Origin: Takakia lepidozioides
Taxonomy: Eukaryota; Plantae; Bryophyta
Assembly (NCBI GenBank): GCA_030704615.1
Contig: CM060731.1
Location: 1,984,001 to 2,048,000 of the forward strand
Length of the DNA: 64,000 bases
Direction of reading: 5' to 3'
Shown: piece after piece, positions 37,820 to 50,633 of the stretch
Position numbering within the stretch: the first letter of the stretch is position 1
How the letters are laid out: the number at the start of each line of letters is the position of its first letter
Position numbers and translations under genes: made by a program
Notes under the pieces: generated by a model
Database searches by the model: none
What the model was told of the DNA's origin: nothing
What the model saw: the letters and a program-made list of their open reading frames with translations, nothing else

Positions 37820-38450
37820 AGGCATTCACCTTTTTCCCTCGGTTGTCCCACCCTTGACTGGGGTCAGAAAAGCATTCATTCCACAACTTCTCCTCATCTC
37901 TGTTACATGTTTCTAGATATTTTCCTATTGTCACTTTGGCAGTATCATGTCAAAATCACTCCAAACTACGTACCATCTACCCATGCAGATTTCTTGTAGC
38001 TATCCTTCCATAGGGAATCATAAGTAATCTGGAGCTTGAAATCCGGCCCTCTTAGATGACACTCTATCCCTGCTCCTTCAGCTATCCATGCCTCTGCACA
38101 GATCATGCATACATCCTTGCATTGCTGTTAGCAGCTGACAATGGCAGCCTAGATTTGTTCCAGCAAACACCCAACTCAACTTATCACACTAGTTCCTATT
38201 CTCAATTGCATCTACCACTCTGTAATCCAAAGGCATTTACCTTCCAAGACGGTTGTCCCACCATTGACTGGGGTCAGAAAAGTATTCATTCCATAACTTC
38301 TCCTCTCTGTTACCTATTTCTGGATACTTTTCTGTTGTCACTTTGGCAGTATCATGTCAAAGTCACTCCAAACTATCAAAGGTTCACTCAACCAGCTAAC
38401 TTGCATAATTCTTGAAACATGAAAATTTAGGGCGATCCTGATAAGAGGGG
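37820..38450 (-). pseudogene. OSB-type PDF-motif fragments (cargo copy 2a)
   Basis: WNEYFSDPSQWWDNRL, GPDFKLQITYDSLWKDSYKKSAWV and LWNECFSDPSQGWDNRGKK. Confidence 0.75.
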
Positions 38451-39589
38451 AAAACGGAGTGAAATGACATGGCATTGAAAAGAACACAAGTTCAGAGAGG
38501 GGGAATGGTACCTGGGAGATTCAATGAGCTGCTTCACCATGGTCGCTTGTAGTTGGATATCACTTGAGACGAAGTGGGGAGGGTATAGGGCATGTAACCT
38601 GACATGCCTTCTGGTGTTTTCAGAATGTGAGAGTCCTTGGTCTGTCATTGTTGTGGATGTTTTTAGATGGTGAGCAGCAACATGTTGTCTTAAGCATAGC
38701 TGAAATGTACATATATTGTTATTGCTCATAATCATAAGTCCGAGTTCTTGTATGGTGTGGCAGGGGGCATGTGCCTTAGGGTGCATAGGTCGGAGACATA
38801 GAACGTTGTCAGCATGGTTATAGTAATTACTGGTACAGCAGTTGATAACATGCGCCATTTGGTAAGTAGACTTCAGATAAGTATGTAAAAATAAGATACT
38901 GAGTGTTGATCCAAGAGCCGGGGCATGTATCTCTAAATACATATCATAGGATGGAAGTGAGATAACAAAATCATAGAACAAGACAACATAAAGAGCATGT
39001 ACAGATATCCCTGGATTTTTATCAAATAGAGGGGGGAGTGTGGCATGTACATTTGGAAAGCGGGCATGTGCATGAGAGTAAAATGATCTTAAGTATACTG
39101 TTGATCCAAGAACAGGGGCATGTGCCATTGAGTATACATCATAAACAGGAGGTGAAGTAAAGAGGTCACAGTACCAGACACCATCCAAAGAAAGAGACCA
39201 GGTACAGAGGTTGGGCAGCCTGAATCTGTGAAGTTGAGAGTCCCAAGCAACGTCGAAGCCCACCCAAGCCATACTCAACCCCAGTCGATCAGCCTTAGTG
39301 GCAGGGAAAAGAATGGCAGCCCACTCGCCAATGCTTCCATACCCCGGGGTGCTTAGTTTGTCAAACTCGGAGTTGAGGGGAAAACTACCAGCCAACGCGT
39401 GGGTGAAATTTGATGGACCAACAGATTGGCCATAACTTGCACACATCTTCATACGCCCAATACATGCAGTGGCGCAGGGAGAAATAGCCTCCTCAAAGAG
39501 ACCGTGACACTTAGTTAATTTGAAACCCTGATAAGTGAGAGCTTGTGCGTTGCGTTGTGCCTCTACTGGTCTAGAAATCTGGCTAGCAT

Positions 39590-40340
39590 ATGGGGCAGCC
39601 TGATGGCATGAGATCAGCCTATGCCTGAATGGTTTTGGTGTCTTTGCCTTTTCCCAGTTCTCCTTGTCTACATGGAATGTGCCAGACCTCACTGATTGCA
39701 GAAGCTGGAGTTCATGCAATAATACAACATCAATGGTGATCCCTTCACTTTGTATCAGGGATTGAGTTTCCTGTAGCACCCCAAGGGCCTCATTAGAAGG
39801 CCCGAGATGCCATTCCATGTTGCCATTGCCTCATAGCATCATCAACCACAGAGCCTGAAGCAATTTTAAGACTGCCTCCTGATGACACCCAGCCTTTTCC
39901 AGCAATTTGGCAGCATTCGTCAGGGATTCAAGCCGCTTGCAACCCTTGTGTTCACATGTTGTCTTTGAGATGATCAGATTATGGCCACCAAAAGGTGTTT
40001 GAGAGGGTTGATCAATGAGAATGTAAGCCCAGATTTGTGGCGTTCTTTCTTGAGAGTTAGTGTGATACCGTTCAAAGATCTGGCTAATGTCGCCGAGGTT
40101 GGCCTGGCCCATAACAACTTGGACATAGTTGCACAGCTCGATGCTCCTCATTGGCTCGTAGGGTTGACTAAAAACAGATATGTCCTTGCCCACGCAATGT
40201 TGCCGCAGGATCTGAAAGCAACGCTTGAATCTGTCCTTGATGAATTTGGTTCTGGGAGTGGATTGTAGATCATAATGGGCTTGGAATCCACAGGCTATAG
40301 ACAAGCTTGAAAATCTATGATTGAGTTGGTGGTGCTGCCA
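39590..40340 (-). pseudogene. Fragment resembling the C-terminal region of TRANK1-like/UvrD-like helicases
   Basis: AAKLLEKAGCHQEAVLKLLQALWLMML..WHGMEWHL resembles the plant UvrD/TPR-ankyrin motif ADLLEKAG.F.EA..L.....LW...GWPL. Recognised from memory only. Confidence 0.45.
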
Positions 40341-40399
40341 CAACATAGCCCTTGGTCAGGTCCTCTCCATCCACCACCAAAAGCCCCAGAAGGCCATCA

Positions 40400-40545
40400 T
40401 GAACAAAGCCGACCTTGGCCATTGTGCTGACGTGGAGCACAAAATCAACACCCAAGGGTTCCCTACAACCAGAAAGCCAGCGAACAGACTGTCAGAAACT
40501 GAGGAGAACCTTGTACAAGAACAGATTGAAGCACTCATCTTACAA
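40400..40545 (+). pseudogene. Captured Ty3/gypsy pre-RT fragment
   Basis: DLGHCADVEHKINTQGFPTTRKPANRLSETEENLVQEQIEAL. Confidence 0.7.
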
Positions 40546-40659
40546 GCTTGTGACCATTTCCTCTTGCCTATAAAGTTTACGCTCTGTAATGCAGACATAT
40601 TCCCAGTTCCTACTACCTTTTAGTACATGCGCTCTCATGTCTGTGCCATCCAAAGCTTG

Positions 40660-41670
40660 CTTCATGCCTCACTCTATCATTACAGCTATGTCTATTTTTC
40701 CACAGGGAATCACCTCTTCCCGCATCATTGCTCATAGGTCTCCAAAGCCTCCATCCGCGCCCTTGCTGTGCATATCTGCAATCATTGCACTCCACAACAC
40801 CACATCTCGTTCAGCCATACTGTCGAACACTTCTTTTGCATCCTCGATGCACCCACATTTGGCATACATGCAGTCCACCAGGGCAGTGTTCAGAATGACA
40901 TCGGGTACAACATGGTACTAACAGGAGCCAAAAGCCAACATTTGTAGGATGGACAAACTTCTTTACATCCTACATTAAGAAAAAACCACACCTTGCAATT
41001 GCGATTGTCCCACCATCGTGAAGAAACTCATGCCAGCTCTGCCCTGTGCTGCAAATTCAGGGCCAAGTCTGATGAGAGGGCAAAACAGGCTGAAATAGGT
41101 CGAAGAAGAAAGTGCCCTCACCACATTGTCCTCGACCTTGTGTCATGACCCATGGAGGATTTGACTGACCATGAACCCAAAATGACCTCTTGTGTGTGCT
41201 GCTTGTGTCTGTAGTCTGGTAATGTCGGATTGGTCAGTGAGAACCACCATGGTGCAGTTGAGCGGGCAGAGATTGAAACACAGCCTGCGTTAGGGTTCAA
41301 CCTATCCGGCATCATTTCCTCATATGTCTCCAAAGCCTTCATACCACACTGCGATCATTGCATTCCACGACACGACATCTTGGCAGCCATTTCGTTGAAC
41401 ACACCCTTCGCATCTTTGGAAAACTCATGGCTGTTGTCCCACCATCGTGAAGGGTAAAACTCGTGCCAGCTCTGCTCCGTGCTGCAAATTCAAAGCCGAG
41501 TCTGATGAGAGGGCAAAACAGGCTGAAATAGGTCCAAGAACAAGGTGCCCTCACCACATTGGCCTCGAGTTCCTGCTATCACGATGCTTGGCACTAATAA
41601 GACTGGACCCCAAAAAACGCTAAGTCCCAGCCCTGCACACTGCGACCTAGCAGCCCTAAATTCGAGCCAA
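40660..41670 (-). pseudogene. Interleaved PLS-PPR and PDF-motif fragments plus a putative 5' leader (cargo copy 2b)
   Basis: PPR: [35 protein letters not shown] (40660-40910) and KALETYEEM (41295-41425). PDF: PWWFSLTNPTLPDYRHKQHTQEV (41130-41290). Confidence 0.8.
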
Positions 41671-43660
41671 CTTTTGAAGTTTTTGAACGTTTTGCACCCT
41701 AACATTATATAAAATAATTATATGGTCCATGTAATTATGTGAAGGTATTTTTAGCTATATATATATGTTAGGGTGCAAAACGTATATATATAACAAGGTA
41801 CAAAGGCCCTGGTTAATTTATTTACTAGGTAAGGTTCATAGTCATGAAATGAGTAGTTAAAACAACTATTTCTATCTAATACTGATTTATATATTTCAAT
41901 TTACATGAATTTAAAATATAATTGTGGAGTTGCTAATGAAGTTGTTGAAACCACTTACAATTTAAAATATATCACCTTGTATAGAGACTCACCATGCTAC
42001 CCACCTAGACCTGGGTTTCCTTTTTGGTCTCTTGTTAAAATTCTATGGATTTTTTCAAAATATTCTGGTTTTTTCTTTGATGTGTGAGATGACAAAGTCC
42101 AAGCATGTCACATAAACAAGGAGTTCAACGTAAGGATGATGCAAGTGATTTGTGGCAAAAAGTGTAAATCATGCCTATGCCTGTTTGTCCTAGTTGTGTC
42201 ATAGGTTGCAACGGAACGGGGCCACCTTTGAATGCGATCCCCATGCTAATTTCACCAAGGGCATTATAGACTTCATAATGTAGAGATTGAAAATGGGGTG
42301 TAGCAGGGGGTGATTCTTCACTTGCTAGTAGCCCATCATGCATATTTCTAAACATAAACATGAAGCTCATGATCATTTTCCAAGGGCATTATTCTCAAAC
42401 TCCCCATACACCACAATTAATGTGGGAATTCCATGGTCCCATTTCACATATGTGTGTAACATGCCATGTAAACTAAGCCAACTCCCGCCACGCTTATGGC
42501 TGTTTTCACACCGTTATTTACCTCGGGTGTGGATCACATGTGAGACACCCCACAATTAGGGCATATTTTGACCCACACCTTGGCTCACTCTACAGACCCG
42601 TGATAAAAGCCGTGCCAGGTGTGAGATGGCATACCCGTGGAAAAAGCCGGTTTCTCTTCTAGTGTGTGGAGGGCGAATAAACCTGCTGTCAGCAAAGAAG
42701 TAGGCCGTGGAGGAGCCACACGAGCCCCAGTTCTTGCTTTACGTAAGACGAGTGGAGGGAGCAGACAATAGGGAGCCGAGCCCAGATTGGATCAAGAGGA
42801 TCCTAGAAATAAACCAGGATGTGAAGCCGGATTTACCAAGCGGCTTGCCACCGCGAAGAGGAGTTGACCACAAGATTGAGGTGATACCGGGATCGGAACC
42901 TCCTGCCAAGGCGCCCTACCGGTTGAACCACAGAGAGTTGGTCAAGCTGAAGACTCAGTTTCAAAGGATCTAATATCAAAGGGTACATCTGGCCGAGTAA
43001 GTCACCTTACGGAGCCCGGTGCTATTCGCAGACAAGAAGGATGGAACGCTGCGGATGTGTGTCGATTACAGGGCTCTGAATAAGGTGACTATCAAGAACC
43101 GGTACCTACCCTTTGCCAAGGATCGACGACCTCTTTGATTGGTTAGGATGAGCGAAGTATTTTAGCTGGATCGATTTGCGCTCCGACTACCATCAAATCC
43201 GAGTGGCGGAAGGAGATGAGGAGAAAACCGCGTGCAGGACAATGTATGGTTCATATGAGTTCTTGGTGATGCCTTTTTTGGGCTCACCAACGCACCCCCG
43301 CGACCTTTAGGACGCTAAATGAACAGCCTTTTCCATGAGTGGTTGGATGACTTTTTGATCGTGTACATCGACGACATCTTGGTGTACTTGAAACAAAGGA
43401 AGAGCACCTCGAGCACCTCAAAAGGGTGTTCCAGAAATTGCGGGAAGGGAAGCTGTATGCAAAGCTTCAAAGTGCGAATTCGGGGTCACAAAAGTTGAGT
43501 TCCTAGGGCATGTGATTACACAAGTTGGGATCAAAATGGATGACAGAAAGGTGAGGGCGATCTTGGACTGGGAGCCTCTGACTTTGGTCCTGGGAGTGCG
43601 ATCTTTCCTAGGACTCGCCTCCTATTACCGAAAGTATTGAGAAATTTTGCCAATTCTCGG

Positions 43661-46600
43661 TGTCGCGGGCCCTTTGCCTTGAGGCAGGGGGTCGGGACAC
43701 ATGAGGGCTGCCCCCTGTGGTGGGGGCAGCGGCAGCTATAGGTAGGGGGGGCTGAAGCACCCTTGAGTGCCCAAGGCACTCAAGGAGGCGGAGGCGCTCA
43801 CTAGGGGAGCCCCGCACACGGGTTTGCGGTGGAGGTGGCTCCACAAGGGGTGGTGGTAGCTTAGTGGGACTAGTGGGGGTGGCATAGGACTCACCATGGG
43901 GGTGGAGACCTCGAGGTGGGAGTCGTGGGGAGTCTTGGGACTCATCACGGTCCATTGGGGCCGCGGTGAGTGGGCCAAGACTCACCGCGCGACTCACCAC
44001 CGGAGTCGAGGGTTTTCGTGGTGGTTCGCCATAAAATGGCATGGCTGGTTATGAAACCCCGCGGACAGCTACAGAAGTATATATAGGGAGTAGTAACCCC
44101 GAGAACGGTGCAAGCCCGTTGGTGACCAAAAACTAGTGAGTAAGCGAGCGAGCCGGAAAGCGACCAAAGAGTGGGGAGCTGTTCCGGACTGCCATCTACC
44201 AAAGGGAATTCTCCTAGTCCCAAATAGGTGGAGGGTTTAGAGGGAAGCGGAAGGGGACCGTTATGTCCCGGTGAGCAGCCGAAACTCCAAGTTGGCCCGG
44301 CGGCCAGGTTGGGAGTCAGGCGCGCGCATCCAAAGCGAGTAACTATGACTTGAAGGGGAGTTTACCGAACGAGGTGTGCGACACTTGGTATCAGAGCTTA
44401 GAGTTCAGTACGCGATCGTCCTTGGGATTGGCCTCATCATGGGGTCGGGCAAGCCGAAGCGAAAGCGGAACGGCCCAAAAGATGATGATCCCGGTGAGCC
44501 CGATGGGGGCGACGTGTCACCGAGGCGGCCGTTTGAGGAAGCGATTAATGTTTCCGAAAACGAGGCCGCTCAGGAGCGGGAGGAATCCGAGGAGTCGGAG
44601 CCCGAGGAATCTTTGAGAGCTCCGACAAACCAAGAGATGCCTCCCATGCCGGCAGCCTTTTGGGAAGGGTTGTTGGCGCAGTTTGGCGGGCGTTGAAAGA
44701 CGTGTGAAGGCGGCTAATGCCACTTCCACCAAGGCAAAGTTTAAGGTGAAGCCTAAGGAACCCGGCACCTTCGAGGGCGTTCGAACCCGGAAGGCACTCA
44801 ACCCTGGCTCCTGGAGCTAGAGCAGTACTTCCGGGCGGCCAAGTTGAGTGACGAGGATCGGGTGGAAGTGGCTCCCACCTATTTGAGGGGCTATGCTCAA
44901 CAATGGTGGCAGAAACGCCTTCACGACCGAGGCCCAAGCCCGGAAATCTTGAACTGGAGTGAGTTCAAGGAATTGATGAAGAGACAGTTTGTGCCCCTCA
45001 ACGCATCCTGGCTTGCCCGGGACAAGATGAGGAATTTGAAGCAAACAGATGACATTCGGGGGTATGTCCAGGCTTTCAATGTGCTGTTGCTCGAAGTCGC
45101 GGACATGGCAGAACCAGAAATGGTCTTCAACTTTGTGGCGGGACTGGCCCCCATGGGCTAGGCGGAAGTTGGAGGAGAAGCCACCCAAGACTTTGAACGA
45201 GGCAATTGAGAGAGCTGAATGTTTCTCGGATGTCCCTAGGGGTGAGAGACAAGGCCGTACGGAGCTGAACCACAAGAAGACCCGGCGGGAAGGTGACTCC
45301 TCCCGACCGGAAAAGAAGTGGGATAGGCCACGCGGCGAAATGGCACGTGGAAATCGAAGGGAGGTCCTTCACACGTCAAGGCGGCACCCGGGGTGCTTCG
45401 AAAGGAAAAGCGGGTGGAGCGACTTATGGCGGACAGAAGGCGACCTTTGATGGAGTGTGTTTCAATTGCGCGGGAGCCCGGGCACATGGCCAAGAAGTGC
45501 ACGAAGCCCCGGCAATTGAACATGACTCGGGCGACCACGGAGCTGTCGGAAGATACCATCAGTCGCTTGGTGGAAGCGGTGGTCGCCAGGACTTGCAAGG
45601 TAGGCAAATTTTCTTGTGAGTTGTATCAGGAAACTGGCGCCTTACGAAAAGGGAGTCAGTTATTGTTCGTGGATGGGATAATATCCGGAACTAATGTGTC
45701 GTTGTTGGTGGACACAGGAGCGTCGCACTCCTTCATGACGCCGGCGGCGGCGCGAAAGTTGGGACTCCCGACAAGTGACGTGGGGGCCTCTATTGAGGTG
45801 CGCTCTGCCAAAGGAGAACCTCAGTTGGCGACAAGGTTGGCGTTTGATGTTCCTCTTCAACTGGGGAGTTGGGAGGGACGTGAGAACTTCACTATCTGCG
45901 AGATCGATGGAGTGGATCTCATTTTGGAATGACCTTTTTGAGCAAATCCGGAGCGGTCATAGATGGCCGCAAGAGAGTAGTCACGCTGCCATGTGGGAAT
46001 GGTGGCGAGGTTTTACGAGTGTCGGAACGCCCAAATCCGTGGAAGGGCGAATAAACCTTCTATCAGCAAAGGAGTGGGCCGTGGAGGAGACACACGAGTC
46101 CCAGTTTTTGCTTTACATTAGAGAAGTGAAAGGAGAAGGCGATGGGGAGCCGAGCCCAGATTGGATCAAGGGGATTTTGGAGAAATACCAGGATGTGATG
46201 CCGGAGGATTTACCAAGCGGCTTGCCACCGCGAAGAGGAGTTGACCAAAAATTGAGGTGATACCGGGATCGGAACCGCCTGCCAAGGCGCCCTACCGGTT
46301 GAGCCACAAAGAGTTGGTCGAGCTGAAGACTCAGCTCAAAGATCTAATGTCAAAGGGGTACATCCGGCCGAGTAAGTCACCTTACGGAGCCCCGGTGCTA
46401 TTTGCAGACAAGAAGGATGGGACGCTGCGGATGTGTGTCGATTACAGGGCTCTGAATAAGGTGACTATCAAAAACCGGTACCCTTTGCCAAGGATCGACG
46501 ACCTCTTCGATCGGTTGGAGGAGCGAAGTATTTCAGCCGGATCGACTTGCGCTCCGGCTATCACCAAATTCGGGTGGCGGAAGGAGATGAGGAGAAGACC

Positions 46601-49600
46601 GCGTGCAGGACAAGGTATGGTTCATATGAGTTCTTGGTGATGCCTTTTGGGCTCACCAATGCACCAGCGACATTTAGCACGCTGATGAACAGCCTTTTCC
46701 AGGAGTGGTTGGATGACTTTGTGATCGTGTACATCGACGACATCTTGGTGTACTCGAAAACAAAGGAGGAGCACCTGGAGCACCTCAAAAGGGTGTTCCA
46801 AAAATTGCGAGAAGGGAAGCTGTATGCCAAAGCTTCAAAGTGCGAATTCGGGGTCACAAAAGTGGAGTTCTTGGGGCACGTGATTACACAGGATGGGATC
46901 AAAATGGATGAGAAAGGTGAGGGCGATCTTGGACTGGGAGCCTCCGACTTCGGTCCCGGGAGTGCGATCCTTCCTAGGACTCGCCTCCTATTACCGGAAG
47001 TATGTGAGAAATTTCGCCAAGATCGCGGGGCCGCTGTCGGACCTTCTGTGTAAATCCAAAGTCTGGGTATGGAACACATTTTGTGGCCAAGCTTTTGCTG
47101 AATTGAAGCAGCGGATGACGGAAGCTCCAGTCTTAAAAATCCCGGAGTTCGATCGTCCGTTTGAGATTCATACAGATGCATCGGACTTCGCAATTGGGGG
47201 TGTACTTATGCAAGATGGACGTCCAGTGGCTTACGAAAGTAAGAAACTGAATGAAGTGGAGCGACGGTGGCCGACGCACGAAAAAGAGATGAAGGCGGTG
47301 GTACATTGCCTTGAACTCTGGCGCCACTATGTTGGTTCCAACCCAGTGAAGGTGTTCACGGACAATGTCACGGTGAAGTATTTTGCCACGCAGCCCAAGT
47401 TGTCCCCAAAACAACTTAGGTGGCAAGATACTTTGGCAGTGTTCGACGTGGATATCCAGTACAAACCGGACGGGACAATGTGGTGGCCGATGCTTTAAGT
47501 AGAAAGCAGCAGCTCTTGTTGGTGTACAAGGGCGAGACGGCGCTCCAAAGGAAGATCCGGAAGGCTTGCCGGAAGGATGAGCTGGCAAAGTGCGTGATGC
47601 AGAACTTGAGAATGGGGGTTTAAATCGCAGTTCCACTTGCAAAACGGACTGCTCCGGTATAAGCAAAAACGTCTCTATGTGCCAAAGGGAGGGATCAGGG
47701 ATAGTCTCTTGAGAGAATGCCATGATAGCCCGCTTGCGGGCCACGGTGGAGCCAAGCGCACTGCGGCACTCTTGAAGAAAGAGTATTTTGGCCCAAACTG
47801 AGGGAGGAGGCAGAGGAGTATGTTAAGACATGCACCACATGCCAACAAAACCGGAGCGAGTATAAAAAGCAAGCAAGCGGGGCTGTTACAACCTTGCCGA
47901 TTCCAGAGGGGACTTGGGAAAGCGTCTCGATGGATTTCATGACTGCTTTGCCGCTGTCAAAAGGATTCGATGCAATCATGGTGGTGGTAGATAGGTTCAG
48001 TAAAATGGCCCATTTCATTTCCCCACCAAGGAGATGGCAACTGCGCAAGAGACAGGGCGACTTTACTTTCGCCCACGTCTTAAAAAGCATCATGGAGTCC
48101 CGAAGGATATTGTCTCGGACCGCGATCCAAAGTTTACGAGTAAATTCTGGAGAGCACTTTGGAAGAAGATGGGGACGAGGCTGAAGATGAGCACCGCCTT
48201 CCGACCTACGACGGACGGCCAAACGGAAAGAGTGAATTCCGTAGTGAAGCAATTCTTGCGGAATTACGTGTCGGCAGACCAATCAGACTGGATGGAACAC
48301 TTAGACGCGGCAGAGTTCTGTTATAATAACACAGAACACTCCGCGACGGGAGTTTCCCCTTTTGTGTTGGTCTATGGAAAAGCACCTCTGGTGCCGACAA
48401 GTTGGGCCGCCCAGGACGTTGAGGAACCGGCAGTAGCGGCGGTACTGGAAGAACGCGAGCGTTTGTTGAAGCTCGCAAAGTACAACATTGCCAAAGCTAG
48501 GAAACGGTATGAAAGGCAGGCGAATCGGAAGCGGAGGGAAGTGAAGTTTGAGGCAGGCACAGAGGTCTGGTTGAACATCAAGAATTTTCGACTACCTCCG
48601 GAAATGAGTCCGAAGTTCGTACCTCCGTATGCGGGTCCCTTTCGCATTCGGAGGGTTATGAATGAGGATGTGTATGAATTGGAGCTGCCAACAAACAGCA
48701 AGGTGCACCCAGTATTCCATGTCTCCCTTTGAAGCCTTACTTCAAAGATGAAGCACGTCCGAATCGGCAGCAAGTGTTGCGTCCGCCACCTATGCTGTTG
48801 GATCATGAAAATGAACCCGAGTACGAGGTGGAGGCAATACTTAAGTCGAGGAGGTTCAAGAACCGAGAAACGGAGTATCTCGTCAAATGGAAGGGCTATC
48901 ATCTTGTGGAGGCATCTTGGGTGCGTGCCTCAGAAATGGGAAACGCATCCGAGGCAGTTGCAGCGTTCGAAGGGCGACCTCAAAAGCGGAAGAAGCGTTG
49001 ATGGGGACATCAACCTTGGAGCGTGGGGGAGGAAATGCATGCTTAGCCCAGTTTAGCTAGCTCAGGAATCCGATTGCAAAAACTTGTATTGTACAAAAAA
49101 ATTTGTGATAAAGGAAATGGGTTCCAAATATTGTGCGTCCTATTGTGTTTGGAATGGTGATGCATGGTGTGGTTGGCTGGTGTGTAGAATGCATGCTAGC
49201 TTACAAAAGTGGGAGAGGTAAATTGGGTTAATCGTGTGTTTGCGTAGTGCCGAAATCGGGTGACTCCCATCCAAGGGGCAAGGAAACTTGCGCCTTATTT
49301 GGGAGTTCAAGTGCTAGTGCGCACCTGGCGCGTGCGCGTACTATAACTGCGCTACCGAGGGGGGGTTGCCTTGTAGTGCGGGCTAACGCGGAAGCTACGT
49401 GCTTCCGTTCACGTACTATAATCGTGTAGCCTCGGGACGAAGTCGTAGTGCGGCTTCGGCGTGTTCCCGTACCTCAGGCCAGCATTCCAAGGCGGACCCA
49501 ATTGTAGTGATTGGGGCGCACGGTTGGTTCAAGGTTACCTTTCTAGTCAAAGGGTTCCAGGTGAACCCTTGCTCAAGGTGATGCCAAAAGCGGCATCATG

Positions 49601-50633
49601 AGCGATCGCAAGCAATGTTGTTGCAGTAAGGGCGATTCGATCCTCGGGGAGGATCGTTCCTTGGCCTTGAAGTAGGCCAAGAAGAGTGCACTGGGAGGAG
49701 CTGGAGAGGCTCCACCCTTGGCCGGGACTTGGAGGAAGTCGGCCGAACTAGCTAGTGGAGAGTGGAGTCAAGTGTGGATTTGGTTCTTTGCCATGGGACG
49801 CCATGGTACGGAAACAAACTCCTTGATGTGGGACGCCACAACTTGGATGTTCGTTTCTACAAAATGGACAAGTCGATGAGGACATCGACTCCCTGTTGGT
49901 AGGGGTGTGTGTCGCGGCCCTTTGCCTTGAGGGCAGGGGGTCGGGACACATGAGGGGCTGCCCCTGTGGTGGGGGCAGCGGCAGCGATAGGTATGGGGGC
50001 TGAAGCACCCTTGAGTGCCCAAGGCACTCAAGGAGGCGGAGGCGCTCACTAGGTGGAGCCCCGCACACCGGGTTGCGGTGGAGGTGGCTCCACAAGGGGT
50101 GGTGGTAGCTTAGTGGGACTTAGTGGGGTGGCATAGGACTCACCATGGGGGTGGAGACCTCGAGGTGGGAGTCGTGGGGAGTCTTGGGACTCATCACGGT
50201 CCATTGGGGGCCGCGGTGAGTGGGCCAAGACTCACCGCGACTCACCACCGGGAGTCGAGGGTTTTCGTGGTGGTTCGCCATAAAATGGCATGGCTGGTTA
50301 TGAAACCCCCGCGGACAGCTACAGAAGTATATATAGGGAGTAGTAACCCCGAGAACGGTGCAAGCCCGTTGGTGACCAAAAACTAGTGAGTAAGCGAGCG
50401 AGCCGGAAAGCGACCAAAGAGTGGGGAGCTGTTCCGGACTGCCATCTACCAAAGGGAATTCTCCTAGTCCCAAATAGGTGGAGGGTTTAGAGGGAAGCGG
50501 AAGGGGACCGTTATGTCCCGGTGAGCAGCCGAAACTCCAAGTTGGCCCGGCGGCCAGGTTGGGAGTCAGGCGCGCGCATCCAAGCGAGTAACTATGACTT
50601 GAAGGGGAGTTTACCGAACTGAGGTGTGCGACA
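43661..50633 (+). mobile_element. Ty3/gypsy chromovirus (Galadriel-like), inner full-length copy (6973 bp)
   Basis: LTRs at 43661-44383 and 49910-50633, TSD CTCGG, PBS at 44386-44397. Gag-PR-RT(YIDD)-RH(TDAS)-INT-GPF-chromodomain spans 44439-49001 with many 1-nt frameshifts. Confidence 0.97.
48810..49001 (+). CDS. Group I chromodomain at the integrase C-terminus (second copy at ~52100-52290)
   Basis: EYEVEAILKSRRFKNRETEYLVKWKGYHLVEASW, with the Y/W/Y aromatic cage retained. Confidence 0.92.
   Translation, partial: NEPEYEVEAILKSRRFKNRETEYLVKWKGYHLVEASWVRASEMGNASEAVAAFEGRPQKRKKR

Larger units (their letters stand above)
37207..42664. mobile_element. Pack-CACTA (5458 bp) carrying captured gene fragments
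   Basis: Perfect ~30-bp TIRs cactagaagagaaaccggctttttccacgg and ccgtggaaaaagccggtttctcttctagtg, with subterminal ttttccacgg/gtggaaaa repeats. The interrupted pol sequence is contiguous in the inner copy (~46030). The TSD is ambiguous (gtg|...|tgtg). Confidence 0.93.
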
